DNA of 64,000 nt from assembly GCA_034780895.1 (NCBI GenBank), contig JAUZTB010000048.1, positions 21,663,019-21,727,018 of the forward strand, read 5' to 3'. Shown piece by piece: positions 27,050 to 40,385 of the stretch. This DNA is from Rhynchobatus australiae. Lineage: Eukaryota. The translations under genes and the position numbers were made by a program. The notes beneath the pieces were generated by a model. That model saw only the letters and a program-made list of their open reading frames with translations, had not been told where the DNA came from and made no database searches. Position 1 is the stretch's first letter, and the number at the start of each line of letters is the position of its first letter.

Positions 27050-28160
27050 CAAAGATTAAAAATTGGATACTGTACAAGACAGTAAAAGGTGCCCAAACCC
27101 TTATAGGGCTAAATGACAAGTTAAGTGCAATATATGAGGCTTATTGACCAAGTTAACAATTGGTTGCAAAAAACATTGAAGACAATAGGCAGGTATACTG
27201 ATTGACACGGATACACAGTGGCAGTGTATGAGAATGTGGTGGCCTGACAGAATCAATGCTGGAGCTAAGACTGTTCACTGTTTTAGTGATTTATACAGCC
27301 ACAGTTCTAAGTTTGCTGATGTTATATAGAAAAAAAAGGCACATTGCAAGCAGTGCAAATGGAAGCATTTAATCTATTAATGTCTCATTATAATTAAGGA
27401 CAAGGCTAAAAGTATGGCAAATCGATTCAATCCAGAGAGTTTGTCTTTTCCTTCCAAAATGGAACTGAATATCCATTAAATGCTAAAAATCTGGAAACAG
27501 TGGAGATCCAATGAGATTGGAGTTGGGTAGGGGGCAATGTACATGCATCAATAAAGCATATGCAGAGACACAATTAGAAATTCTAATGGAATCTTTGCTA
27601 ATGTATCTGTCTGCAGAGCAACAGTAAAAGACGTTAGAACCTCTGATACAAAGCTTTAGTTAGACCACACCTGCATTATCTGAGTAATTTTGGTACCACA
27701 CCCAAATATACTATGGCCTTCTAGGAGTACAGATACAAATTTAACACATTTGTTCATCAGATAAAAACTTAACCCTTGCAGACAAGGTTTCAGAGAATGA
27801 TTCCACCAATTAAATTTACCTGCTCAAATTCTAAGTTTGATTTATTTGAATTTTCAAGTTGAAGGGAAGTAGTACGGAAAAGAAAAACTCTGATGGTTGG
27901 GAAGTCCAAGTGTCCATATTCAAAATATTAGGGTGTAGACAATCAGGAGTGACATTAGGAAACTTCCCTCTACAGTAGACGGTACAAGTTTGAAACTTTC
28001 CAGAGAAAATGGGGAATGATACAATGGTAACCGTTCATCCTGTATCTGCAATGAATAGATCTTTGCTTACTTAAAGATACAATAGGATATCAGAATAGGT
28101 CAAAGTTCAGCCATGATCATAGTGAATGGTGGAAATGTTGCAAGGAGTCAAATGTCCGGC
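27050..28160 (+). mobile_element. Highly decayed CR1 LINE
   Basis: tctaagtttgctgatg (SKFAD), ttagttagaccacacctg (LVRPHL), tail tcagccatgatcatagtgaatggtgga...gttcct. Confidence 0.75.
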
Positions 28161-31100
28161 ACTAGTTCATGTGTTCCTATAGAAGGAAGGAAATAAAAAG
28201 TGATTAAGTGTGCATAATGCTATGTGCATGGAACATTTATTCAGCAAAGAAAAGTTCTGACTCACCCATTTTTGAAAGGAGATCAAATAGAACCGCCTTG
28301 CTATTGTTTTCAAGTAGCCACTGTTTAACTAAGTTTAGATATAGCCTTTGAAACAGAACTATAAAAGCATAACATTTTACTGATATTTACTGGTAAAAGA
28401 GCATTATTAGGTCAGAAACATCTTTTTTAGGAAATATCTCCAAGTTCCAGACAGATTCCCTCAATTGCTGGCTTTTGTACTATTTCCTCATATTGTTATA
28501 CAACAAAAACAAAATTCATAAAAGCAAGTAATTTTTCAGTCACAAACTGTGTGAAAATATTTTGACTACTTTTCCAGATTACAGATACTCGAAAGGCAAA
28601 CATTCATTTTCAATTTCACAATCCCTAAAAGTCTGCTCAACCGATAGTCAAAAAGCCACCCAGTGCAGATGGCATGTCGCCTCAGTCACTGAGAAACCCA
28701 AGGGTGGAAATTGCACAGACTCTGGCCACAAATTGTGCAACTCTTAGGCAATGGAATAGTGATAAAAAAAACTGGAAGAATGCAAATATTACACAATCTG
28801 ATTGGAAGAACAGAGGGATAATCCCAGCATCTTTTAGCCAGTCAGTCTGATGGTGATGGGGGGGAATTTTTTACGATAGTAATCCAGGACAAATTAACAG
28901 TTATAATTGTAATAAACATTTTCCATAAAATCTGTTATGTAAGTAAGATTTGTTTTTCAAGGCAAATCATGTTTGATTGACTTGGGGTTCTTTGATTAAT
29001 TAATGGAGATGCCTGATGAGGGTGGTGCAAGTAACATCATGCATCTAATCTCTAACGAAAAAGGATTTTCATGAAGTAATGGATAATAAAATAGCTTTAA
29101 AAAAATGGACAACAGATTACAAAAAGCTAAGTCTTCAAATTTGTTAATGAGCAAGAGGAAACAATTCATGGTCCTTTCAGTTCATGCACAGAAAACATGG
29201 ATATATCCTGCAGCAAATAACAGTGGGAATTGAAGTTGATACTCAGAATGTGCCTGCACAAAACAAAACCAGAGCACAAGGAAGCCATTCTAACTTCAGA
29301 AGATTTGTTTGCAGAGTCAGCAAGAATCCACACCATCACGAAACTAGATGTTCAATATGAATACGCTGAGCTGAACTTGTGTAAGGAGAGCTGCAATATT
29401 TGATGATGAGGTGGAGTTACCTTATGGTGAGAAATTATCTTCAAAGATCTTAAGTTATTGGGGATGAGAAAGCATCAATCATGACCATGCAACCAAAATT
29501 TTCTACTATTACCAACAAGCACTGAAAAAAAAAGTTTCAAACATTAGTTGTGTTCAAATAGCCACAATATAAAGCTGAAAAGAAACAGGTGTGTATTTAT
29601 CCAGAGCAGTTTTTTTTTAAACTCTCTTCTCAAGTAGATGCAAATTGGATTGCAAACCTAGTGTTTAAGCAATAGCAAAGACACAGAAACCTCAGCCAAA
29701 ATGTAAACCAACATTGACCAAAAATTAACCATGATTTCCATTCTGGCATTCACACAAGAAACCAAAAGGGAGGCGGTGAGCTGAGGGAAATGAACTATTT
29801 CCTCCTCTAAAATGCTGTGGTCTGGCTGTCCACAGATAAATTGCAACCTTATTCCTCCAAATCTGGATTTGTCCCCAAATGACTTTGGAAATGTTAATCC
29901 TCAATTTGTTGCTTGAGTGAAACCCATTCATCAGTTTCTCAAAATGCTGAGTAACCCAGAACTCTTTCCACCAAAAGATGATGACGGTCCCTTGATAGGG
30001 CAACAGACTAATTCACTGACAAGATTAAGGAAGGACCATTTCGGATGGAGTAAAAGATGAGATTAAGATAGTACAATCAAAGTGGGTGTGGGGGGAAAGG
30101 GAGAAAGAAATGTGTCAAATGTGATTTTTGTAAAGGCTTCAGGATTGCAAGGAAGCCAATTGCTAAAGTTACAGACAGGATTCTACCCTGCACACATGGG
30201 AACAGACTCTTTCAATTGATTGCTGGCATGAGTTACATTGAAAATCATCCAGGAATGAAAGAACTATACATTCGATTAACATTGGCAGTATTAGTCAAAG
30301 TTTGAATAAGCCAGCTGCACATTTTCTCGCAGCTCTCCTCATCTCTTCACATAACTCTTTATGCTCAGATTTGAATTAAAAAGAACAGGTGCACAAGGAT
30401 GTACATGTACCAAGCAATTATTTTATGTCAAACCTATAGATATAAAAAAAATCTCAAATGATGCTGGGTACAGCTCCAGACACATCTTTGGATGCTTGGA
30501 AAAGGTGCACACATACAAGGGATGCGAGAATTTAATTATCCAGTCAGACTAGAAAAAATAGCTTGCATTATATACCCTTGAAGAGAAAAAGATGGACTGA
30601 AGCTTTGATAGGTGGTCAATAAAGGATAATTTTGTTTGGTATATAATAAACTCTCTTCTTGTACATAAAAAGTCCATAATCAGAAGCAACAGATTTTAGT
30701 TAATTGCCAGGAGAAATGAAATAAAAAAATCAAAATGCACGTTATGGTATCATTGCCTGAAATAGTGATGTAAGCAACTACAATATTAACAAACACAGCA
30801 GAATTAAATCAACTGTTAAATGTGTAAAATGTGCAGGATAATAGGGAAACAAGTGGGATAGCGATCTATGTCATCATTCTTTCAAAAAAAATTGTCATAA
30901 TGGTTCAAATTGCCATCTTGTTTACTTTATCATTGATTGATTTTACCTATCACAATTTAATTTACAAAATTTTCCATTAAACTCAAACTCATTGCTTTCA
31001 GATGAAATGTTTTGCAAGACAAATTTGAAAGATGACATTCTGAATTCCTTAAACAGTTCTACCATTCTGCAGTATATTCATCCCAGACCCAAGATTACGC

Positions 31101-34100
31101 AATTGTCCAGCATCACAGGACAAAACTACNNNNNNNNNNACTTAACAACTAAGCTGTCATTTAACCAACTAGCTTTGTTTTCTTTCTTTCCAAGCTATAC
31201 CTCTAGATATCAGCCCTAAAATTTGATTTTACTCAAACCAAGCCAGCATGAATATTAATGACTTCAACTGCACACTGAATTGCACTTTTCATGATACTGG
31301 GCTGCATCCTACAAAACTATCATTGGAAATGATTGTTTACACGACAGGTCAAATCTTAACAACCTAGGTCTACAGCTCAGAATCAATCCACACTGCCTCC
31401 CCATGAACATACCTTCCAGATCCAGATACAAAGACCTGCTAACCCAAATTATCTTGGGTTCCAGCAGTCTGGCATGAGTAGCAGCAAGGGCTTCAATAGT
31501 GCACAGAGGAAAACAGCCTCCAAATCATCTCTGCAAGCTCTGATCACCAGATGTCACAGATGTAAAGGCTCAAGACATTTAAAAGCCATTAACAAGGCAT
31601 ATAAAAGCCATTGCAGTGAGGTTAAAAATTTTTCAAAAATATTTTGAGTTGAACATTATTGTACACTAACCTATGTCGCAATAATAAATTTAGCTGTGCT
31701 TGGCTTTGTTTTCCCACAATGAAATCAATGGGATCCTGCTCTAGATCAAACCTGATGCAGGACCTAAAAGTTGATCTGGCAGCATAAATACTGGAGAATG
31801 TAAAAGATGGAACCATGTCACTGAGCTTCATAATGCTTAACAGCAGAGCAAACTAACAGACTTGGTAGCTCAGGGCTTCAAATAAGAACTGCCAAATTTA
31901 TTCATTCTGAACTCAAAAAAAAAGCAACACAGGAGCAGGAGAAGGCCATGTATTTCCTTGAAACTGTCCCACAATTGAGAGAAGAACTAACCTGTGCCTT
32001 AACCCATTGAGCCACTCTGGTTCCAGAATATTCAATACCCATAACAAATAAAAAAACTCATCTGACTGAGCTCCAGTATGTTTTTTTTCTTTTTCTGTGG
32101 TAGGCATTTGTAGAAATTAAGGCTTGCTTCCATTTATTTAACACTTGTGTGAGAACTAGTTCTTCATATTTCAGCAAGCCTCAAACCCATTGTGAACATT
32201 ATGAATGAAATTAATGTCAGTCTTCTCTCTCTGTTGATTTAAGTAAAATGAATTTGAGCTGCATCATTGTAGTTTCCAATCTGGATTACATTCAGACTGA
32301 CAACTAACTTGAGCCCGAGTCTTAACTCAGCATTGCTGTGTGTATGTCTAAGTATTTCCAAACAACATTCAACAACTACTACTTACGGCAGCAGTAACAT
32401 TGAAAACTTAGAATAAATAACAGCCCATTACCTTGAATTGAGCATTATTTGATTCCAAGACAAAAATACTCATTCAAGCAACTTGGCAATTAGAGCACAC
32501 TGGAGATGTTTATCTCATCTGAAGTGGGCAGGTATGGAAAGTCTTAAGCTACCTCAAATGTTATGTAGCAATTGCCATTAAATACAGTTCTTTTGATATC
32601 TGTCACTGAAAACTTATCTTCAGATAATCCACTTTCATGATTTATTCACTTGATGCACAAACAAATAAAAATGTATAAGAAATATTTAAAGCAGCACTAA
32701 GCAAGTAGATCTGTTTCCCTTTGATTCTTCCGAGATTTAGTAAATTTTTTCTGAAAGAAAATTAGCTTTTTGCAAAACATCAATGTGCTATTTCTACACT
32801 ACAATAAGGAAACAAAAGAGGAATGAACCTCTGAAAACCATATCATATTACCGTGATAGATTTCAATAATTCTTTTTGATTAAGATAGAGTGTCAAACCA
32901 GCTTCAAACAAAACATAATTTTCGTCATTATAAGCAAGTCATCTGAATGTAAATCAGTTTAAAAGTTGGTTAACAAAAAGCCTTTAAACAATATCCACCT
33001 AAAACAGACTTTAATAAAAAACTTATGCACTAGCCCAAGGGCTGGTATGGGTAGGCAGCACAAGAAAAAGCTGTAAAGAACAATTATCACTCTGTGGTGA
33101 CTGTGGCAGTGTTTATAATGATCCCGCCAGTAAGACTTCAGTGAATTTCCATTCAAAGATGTTGCTGTAAGCACCCATTTATACACGTCAGCTGCTATAG
33201 TTCATTTTGCTTTTTGAGAATATGCCAATTAAATAAGCTGCATATGCTTCATTTAGGAAGGGTAATTATTCAGCAGTTTTAATGTTCAATTCAAGCATCT
33301 GCCACAACCCAAAATTCATCAAGTTGCATTGAAATTTCAATCTTGCTTTAAGAACATATTGCCGTTATCATTTGTACGATCTCTCAAACAGACTTCAGTA
33401 GATATAGCAACAACACTTAGAAACCCAAGGTGAGAAATTTGGCATTTTAATTTCTAAACTGATGACTTCAGCTGCCTTTCACATTTCCTGATTTTAAAGC
33501 TTTTTAAAGCTAATTTAGTTTTAATCAGTTTGTTTGCAGCTCATTATTAATTATAATAGTTGAAGGTAATGACTGATAATTGAAAATGTCAGTCAACTTG
33601 AAGTAGTTCTGTTTCTCTCATACTATGCAATTTTACCTCATCTGTGGTCATTTTTGACATTTGGTGCAGTTTGTTCCTATCAATGTGACCTACATAGAGA
33701 GACCACAAAGGACGTAGTAAATTATCCTGAGATGAAAGAATATTTCTCTTGCACATAGTTTAATTCATTCTTCTAATTTTATTTGCAGCCTGCAAATAAT
33801 AATCTAATTGAATATGTCATAATAGCTCCTCAACTTCAAACACAAATCTTTTTCAAGCCATAACAATTTCAGTGGAATTGCAACAAGAAAGACAATCTGA
33901 ACAGATTTTGTGTGCTCCAAGTGCTTGAGCATAAAAACTTAACAGCAATGTTGTTCAGAATTGTTGCATTACTGCAACTTGATAGACTAAATCAAAGACC
34001 CATTTGTTCTTTTTGGGGAATTTAGAGGTATATACGTATAAAAGACAAATGTTCCTTCAGCCAGCCAGAATCCTGAGCAAAATTTACATCTTAACAATCA

Positions 34101-34482
34101 TTACTCAAATATTTGATCATATCTGCCTTGGACTTTGTAGTTGTGACAATGATCAAGCTATCACTGCTTGTCATAATTACTTCATGAATCTGAAACAACT
34201 TGGGAACCTCCAATTAAGCGTAGCATAAAATGCAAAAACAGAAGTTACCATCAGCAATTCTATCCATCCCTGAAGGCAGCACTGTTTGCAAGTTCTCTGC
34301 TGCAATCAAGGGAAAGCAAGTGTTATCAGGTTTCAAGGATAATTAAGTCCTTGACAGCACAAAAATGTTTAAGTTTATAAGCAAAAGTAGAACCATGTTC
34401 ATTTTTAGCCAATATCTGTCTTTGATATTCAGTAAAATGATATGGTACCACACATGAGCACACCTTTATTTGGGTGGAGAAC

Positions 34483-34660
34483 CTGGTAGAGTATAGCACA
34501 GGAACAGGTCCTCTGGCCCACGATGTTTGTAATGACCAGGATGCCAATTTAAACTCTTCTCCCCTGCTTGCACGTGATGTACATCCCTCCATTCCCTGGC
34601 TGTCTAAATACCTCTTAAACATCACTGTTGCATCTGCTTCCACCACTTCCCCAGCAATGC
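34483..34660 (-). mobile_element. CR1 LINE 3' end
   Basis: ORF 34326..34664 (EVVEADATVMFKRYLD); tail tatagcacaggaacaggtcct. Confidence 0.85.
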
Positions 34661-35669
34661 TCATCCAAATCCTCGCCCTGAAGTTCTTTTTCAGCTCCCT
34701 CTTTTTTTCTTCCTTGTTCCCACCTTCAAGCTCACTCCTCTGACCAAGTTTCAGCTACTTTTCCCATGATATTATTTACCTTGCCTGGTCAGAACCTAAG
34801 GCCCTTTCTCAGAAGTGCTACCGTTATTATTGCTGAATCGATAGCAAGAAAACACAAGATTAGTGACCCAAAAGAAATACACAAGCTGCAGGATTTCGAT
34901 GAAATTACAGTATTTAGTTCTCCAAGTCCCAGATGAGACAAGATGTATCTCAGTGATCCCAAATTGAGAATTTACACATTTAAGCAAATGATGTTTGAAT
35001 TTTTTTTGCCCAAACTATCATTTAATATACCCACATTCCAACAAGTAGACATTGGTGTTTCAACTGAATGCTCAGCAAGAAAGAAAACCATTCTGCACAA
35101 GTAGTTTACACAACTGATAATTAAATGCAAATTGAAATCTCAGTACCAAACACACTGGTATTGGGACTTCAATTTGTTGCCAATTTAATATGGCTCAATA
35201 ATATGAATCTCTGCAAAGAACTAGTTACAAGGATTATATTAATGCTTTATTAATAACTATTAACAAACTTTATTCTTGTTGATGGCAGCATCAGTTAAAA
35301 TGGCATTACTGAGACTTAACATGTGAATGGATTTCCTACTACTTCAATACAAATTCCAGGCAGCAACAAAAAAGTGTTTAGTTGAGCACCTTCATTTTAA
35401 CTCATCTTCAAAAAGGGCTTTCTCATTACTTCTCTCTCATGCACCAAGACACTGGAGAATAGCCAGCTATTTGAACAAAAGGTTCTTTATTTACTTAAAC
35501 AAAACTTACATAACAAAACAGCATTTCTCTGTTAGCGCACAGGCAAGACTACTTCTTCCCAGAGGAAGACACAGTTGTTGGAATGATCCCTAAACACTGC
35601 CACAATATGTACACAAAAAGCAGTTGGTCACATGATCATAATGTTTGAAGCAGTGCATACATAATATTA

Positions 35670-36135
35670 CATAACACGAACAGGAGCACAAGCAGGCCAT
35701 TCAGCCCCTCATGCCTACACCACTGTTCAATAAGATCAAAGCAGATCTTTTGCCTCACTGCCACTTTCCCACACAAGCCCATTTTCCTCAATATCCAGAA
35801 ATCTATCCACACATTTCAAGCACAGTCACCAAGCTTCCACAGACTTCTGGGGATGACACTTCCAAAGATTCACCACTGCTTCAGTGTCAAAACATCTCCA
35901 CACTTTCAGTCCGAAATTGCCTTCGCCCAATTTTGAGACTGACCCCCAGTTTTGGGCTCTTCAGCCAGGGGAAACTTCCTCCCTACTTCCTGTCTTGCCC
36001 TCTAAGAATTTTGCACCTTTCAATTAGATAGTCCTTGATTCTTCTGAACTTGAGAGAATACAGACCCATCTTACTCAAATCTCTCCTCGTGTGACAGAAC
36101 AACCATCCCACAAGCCAGACTGGTGAACCTTCACT
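35670..36135 (-). mobile_element. CR1 LINE 3' end (older subfamily)
   Basis: caggagcacaagcaggccattcagcccctc...gttcaataagatca; ttccaaagattcaccact; ctggtgaaccttcact. Confidence 0.8.
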
Positions 36136-37389
36136 ACTTGTGAAGGTACTATTGCAATTTATCGTAGCTTTTTACTGGAAGTCCAAATGCACATCTATGT
36201 TTCCTCCTAATGTATTCTGTTAGTTTGTCAAATACAAATTTCCCTTTCTTAAATCAATGTTGACTCTGCCCAAACCTATTATTTACCAGGTGTCTTGTTA
36301 AAACTTCCTGAATAATGGATTCTAACAATTCCAATGTCTTGCAGGAAAATAACTAGCTGTGTCATAACGGAAGGACTTTTTTTTGGAGAGGACAGACAAG
36401 AGGAAGAACAAATGTAACAAATGCAGCTTAAGAGTGAACATAGTTATGCATAAACATGATAAAATCCTGAATGCTACTACCAAAGTTAGTTCAATGTTCT
36501 TTAGTGCTGGATTATTATAGTATATATATTTTGGCCCACAACTCCACATGATCGATTCATTGTTCATAGCTATTTATAAAAAGGTAGCAACCAGCTGAAG
36601 TGGTACTTTCCACAGTGGGTGAATGAAAACAAAATGCAGAAAAACAAAATGTATTTATCATTACAGCTGCAGATAGACAGCATCCTACAAACAAGCTATG
36701 GTTTTCACACAAGAGTCTTCAGACAGCATCTGAACACAGTTTAAAAATTCAAATAATATTCCAAAAAGTTATTTGTACTGTTCTGGACTCAAAGAACAGA
36801 ATTACCACTTACTGGCAGCAGTAAGCAGTGCAATGCCCAGAAACCACCTGTGTCACATTTGGGATCCCCAAAAGCAATAATGTGGTATCTTTCTTTTAAA
36901 TCTAACTCACAGACACTGGATTCTGTAAACGTACAAATATTTAGTATTCTGAGAAAAGTTTCTCCTAAGCACAGAAGAATTTTGAATACAAGACAGAACA
37001 TATATGGAAAAAAGTGCACATTTCTATTTTAAATATACCCGCTTATTCAAATGTTCTGTTGTCTTCCTTTTTGTTTCGAGCAGGATGATCTGAGCTGCAG
37101 CGAGCTCTTTTGCAGCAATCAATACTCAAATTTATTGAGAAGGAAACCCATTTCTGCATGACTTTCATCAACTTTCACCAGCATGCTCAAGAGATCAAAC
37201 ACTCTAGTCACTCAACGTATTTCATCTGTTTGTCCAAAAAAAAACTCATCTATTTCTGGAAACAGTGGTAGGATAAAAGTTTTGAATCAGTGAATCAGAA
37301 AATTTGATGCAAAAACAAATGCAAATACATAGCCTGAAAGTTCTAAGCAAGATTTAAACATTAGCTTTGTATGCAAATTTAACTATTAT

Positions 37390-39330
37390 TATGAAGAAAG
37401 AAAAATTGGAATGATGTCAGTAAAAAGCTCCAATGAAGGATATAGTAACAGGACACTTGTGAAATCATATGGCTGGGCAGTGCCAATGTGTTTATAGCAA
37501 AACAATGCTCAAACTGTTTCTCTCTCCACAGATGCTGCCCATCCAGCTGAAATCAAAGCTTTGCAAGTAAAAATGCAATTGAACAATGGGAGGTGGGAGA
37601 TACAATCTAGATAGATCGCAAGAAGAGAGAAATACAGTGACATTAAATCCAGAGCTTTCTGGATGACCAAAAGTAAAGACAATGGAATAGAAGAGAAAGC
37701 ATTTGACAAATGCCAAGTTGCTAACACAAGAAACAGGCTGGTTTAGGAAGTTCAGAAGACAAGCAAAACAAAAGATAACGAAAGGCAAAAGGTCAAGCAG
37801 AAAATATTATAGGCTGGAAGCAAAAAAATATTCTACAAGCACACAAGCAGGAAAAGAACTGCGAACAGAAAGGTAGGGCCAATCAGAGACCAGGAAGGAA
37901 ATCTAATTCTGATGACAGAAGGCATCGCTGAGGTACTACATGAGTATTTTACTTCAATGAAGACACAACGACTAGAATCTCAGCAAGNNNNNNNNNNNNN
38001 NNNNNNNNNNNNNNNNNNNNNNNNNNNNNNNNNNNNNNNNNNNNNNNNNNNNNNNNNNNNNNNNNNNNNNNNNNNNNNNNNNNNNNNCTCAGCAAGGTAA
38101 TTAAGATTTCATTTAGGCTAAACAAAAAAAGGAAATACTAGCAAGACCACCTGCATTTAGTGTGGATAAACGCTGAAGAAAATATGACATTGATGAAAAA
38201 GTTAGGGAATTGCTGGAAAAATTGGTTAGTGACTGGGGACTGGAAAATTCCAAACTTTACACTGCTGTTCAAGAAGTTAAGGGAAAACCCAGTTATGACT
38301 CACTGGTCAGTTTAACTTTGGTAGTTGTAGTTTATGTGGCAAATGTCAATTTCTAAGAAAGCTCTTCATAAAATAACAGGTAATAGGCTTATCATCAAGA
38401 TTGAAGACAGTGGAATGCAAGCACCTTTTAAAAAAAAATGGGTAGAGAACTGGCGAAATAACAGGAAACAAAGTAGTCTCAAAAAGATAGTGATTTTTCA
38501 GATGGAAAGGAAGAAAGAACTTCTCCAAGAGTCAAAACAACAATCATCACATTGATTACCTGGTCCTCAATATACAGGCCACAATTGTGATATTCCGAGA
38601 TAACAGAACTTGAAGTATAGTAGATTGGGACTCCAACAGACGTTATAAATATATACGCTGGAGGAATGGGCAGATAAAATATAACAATTGAGCAATGTAG
38701 GTATTATTTTTTTCTTAAAAAATGATGGCAATGTCAACTAGACTGCAGAATTTTGAAGGGAACCAAAGACATATAGATCCAGAGATACACATGTACAATT
38801 CCTTTCCAGTGAAAGGCCAGGTTGAAAATGTGTAGCATTTGCCATTCTAGCTGGAGCAAAGAAATCAAGATGAACTTTTACGAGATTAGTCCTTTAGGTC
38901 CAATAGGATTACTCGATCAAATTCTTAGTGTCAGTCTTCAGAAAAAAACATTAATATTTTGGAGTGCGTGGATGATATTTGCTGAAATAATTTCAGCAGC
39001 TTCGTATGAAATAACTGGAACTGGGACTGTTCTCCATGGAACACAAGTGTTTACGAGGGGATCCGACAGAGATATTGATAAATCAAGAGCTGTGTGGACA
39101 GAGTGGACCAAGAGAAACAACTTCCACTGGCACATGAGTCAATGGCCAAAGAATAAGAGCAACAACAAAAACAGCCACGGATGGCATTGGAGTTAAATTC
39201 AATCATAAGTTCAATTTAAAAGGAAATAATTTGCAAAACTTTGGGGAGAAACAAAGGAAGTAGGTCAAGCTGAATTGTTCTTCAAGTCTGTGCAGACTCA
39301 AATGGTCTCCATCTATGTTATAGCAATTTT
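37390..39330 (+). mobile_element. Highly decayed CR1 LINE remnants
   Basis: gtagggccaatcagagac...gctgaggtactacatgagtatttt (AEVLHEYF), gactggaaaattccaaac...ctgttcaagaag; a Penelope-type fragment lies at about 37505-37550. Confidence 0.65.
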
Positions 39331-39519
39331 CTAACTTTTGGACTCTTAGTTTTTGCAGCAAGTTGGTCTTATGCAAGTAATTTCAAGAGTCAGTGATAAT
39401 TGTCACACTTAGTATTGGTTTGGATAACAGCCATCAACACTTAAAACCAGTTTTTCCAATTGCGAATAAAAACAACTACTTTTTCCTTACTGGCATCAAT
39501 ACTACCAGTTTCACTGTAT

Positions 39520-40385
39520 TTCTTTACAGGATATGGTCATCAGTGGGAAGTAGATGTTTGCCATTCTTCATCATCTTAAACAGGGTGGAGAGCTTGTGAG
39601 GGTAATTCCACAGTTTGGTTGGTTAGAGAGTTCTCGGATTTGGATCCAATGACCATAAATCAAAATCAAGGTAGTCAAGTCAGGATGGTGTGGGGTTTGA
39701 ATGTCAAATTGCAGGGGGTGACATTCACAAGTAACTGCTGCCCTTGTCATTGTTGGTGGTAGAAATCATAAGTTCAAGAGATGTTGGATTAGCCAGAGCA
39801 AGTTATTTGAAACATTTTACATATGTAGCCATAGTCCACCAGTGGTGGAGGGAATGGATGGTTATGGTGATGGATGGAGTACCAATGAAGCAGGTTGCTT
39901 TGTTCCAGATGGTGTTGAGCTGATCTTTAGAATCTAACTGGAAACATCAGGAGCAGGCCCCTCAAGTCTCCTCCACCAGACAGCAAGGTCACAGCTGATC
40001 ATCAACCTCAGCTCCATTTTCCTGCACTAACCCCATTTCTCTTGATTCTCTCAACTTCCAGAAATCCATTGATCTGTTTTCAATGGACTCAATGACTGAG
40101 CCTCGATAACCCTCTGAGGTTGAAAATTCCAGGGATTTCAGCACCAGTATCACACATCTGAGTGCAGAGTATTCCATTGCATTCCAGATTTATGTATTAT
40201 AAAAGGTGTGGGAAGGTTTTGGGGTGTCAGGAGGAGTCAGTCAGCAGAGGTGCACCATTCCTGTCCTGCTCTTGTTGTCACTGTATTTTTCAACAGAATG
40301 TTCATGGCAGAGATCCAAGCAATGGTAATGTTTATTAACTGATTATGAAGAGTGGGTGGTGAAACTCTCTTGTAGGAAATAGGAG
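39520..40385 (-). mobile_element. Second-family LINE 3' region interrupted by a CR1 3' end (about 39930-40170)
   Basis: Outer sequence ctgctgcccttgtc...tgctttgttccagatggtgttgagct resumes at gtgggaaggttttggggtgtcagg; inner gaaacatcaggagcaggccc...gaaaattccagggatttc is a reverse CR1 tail. Confidence 0.6.
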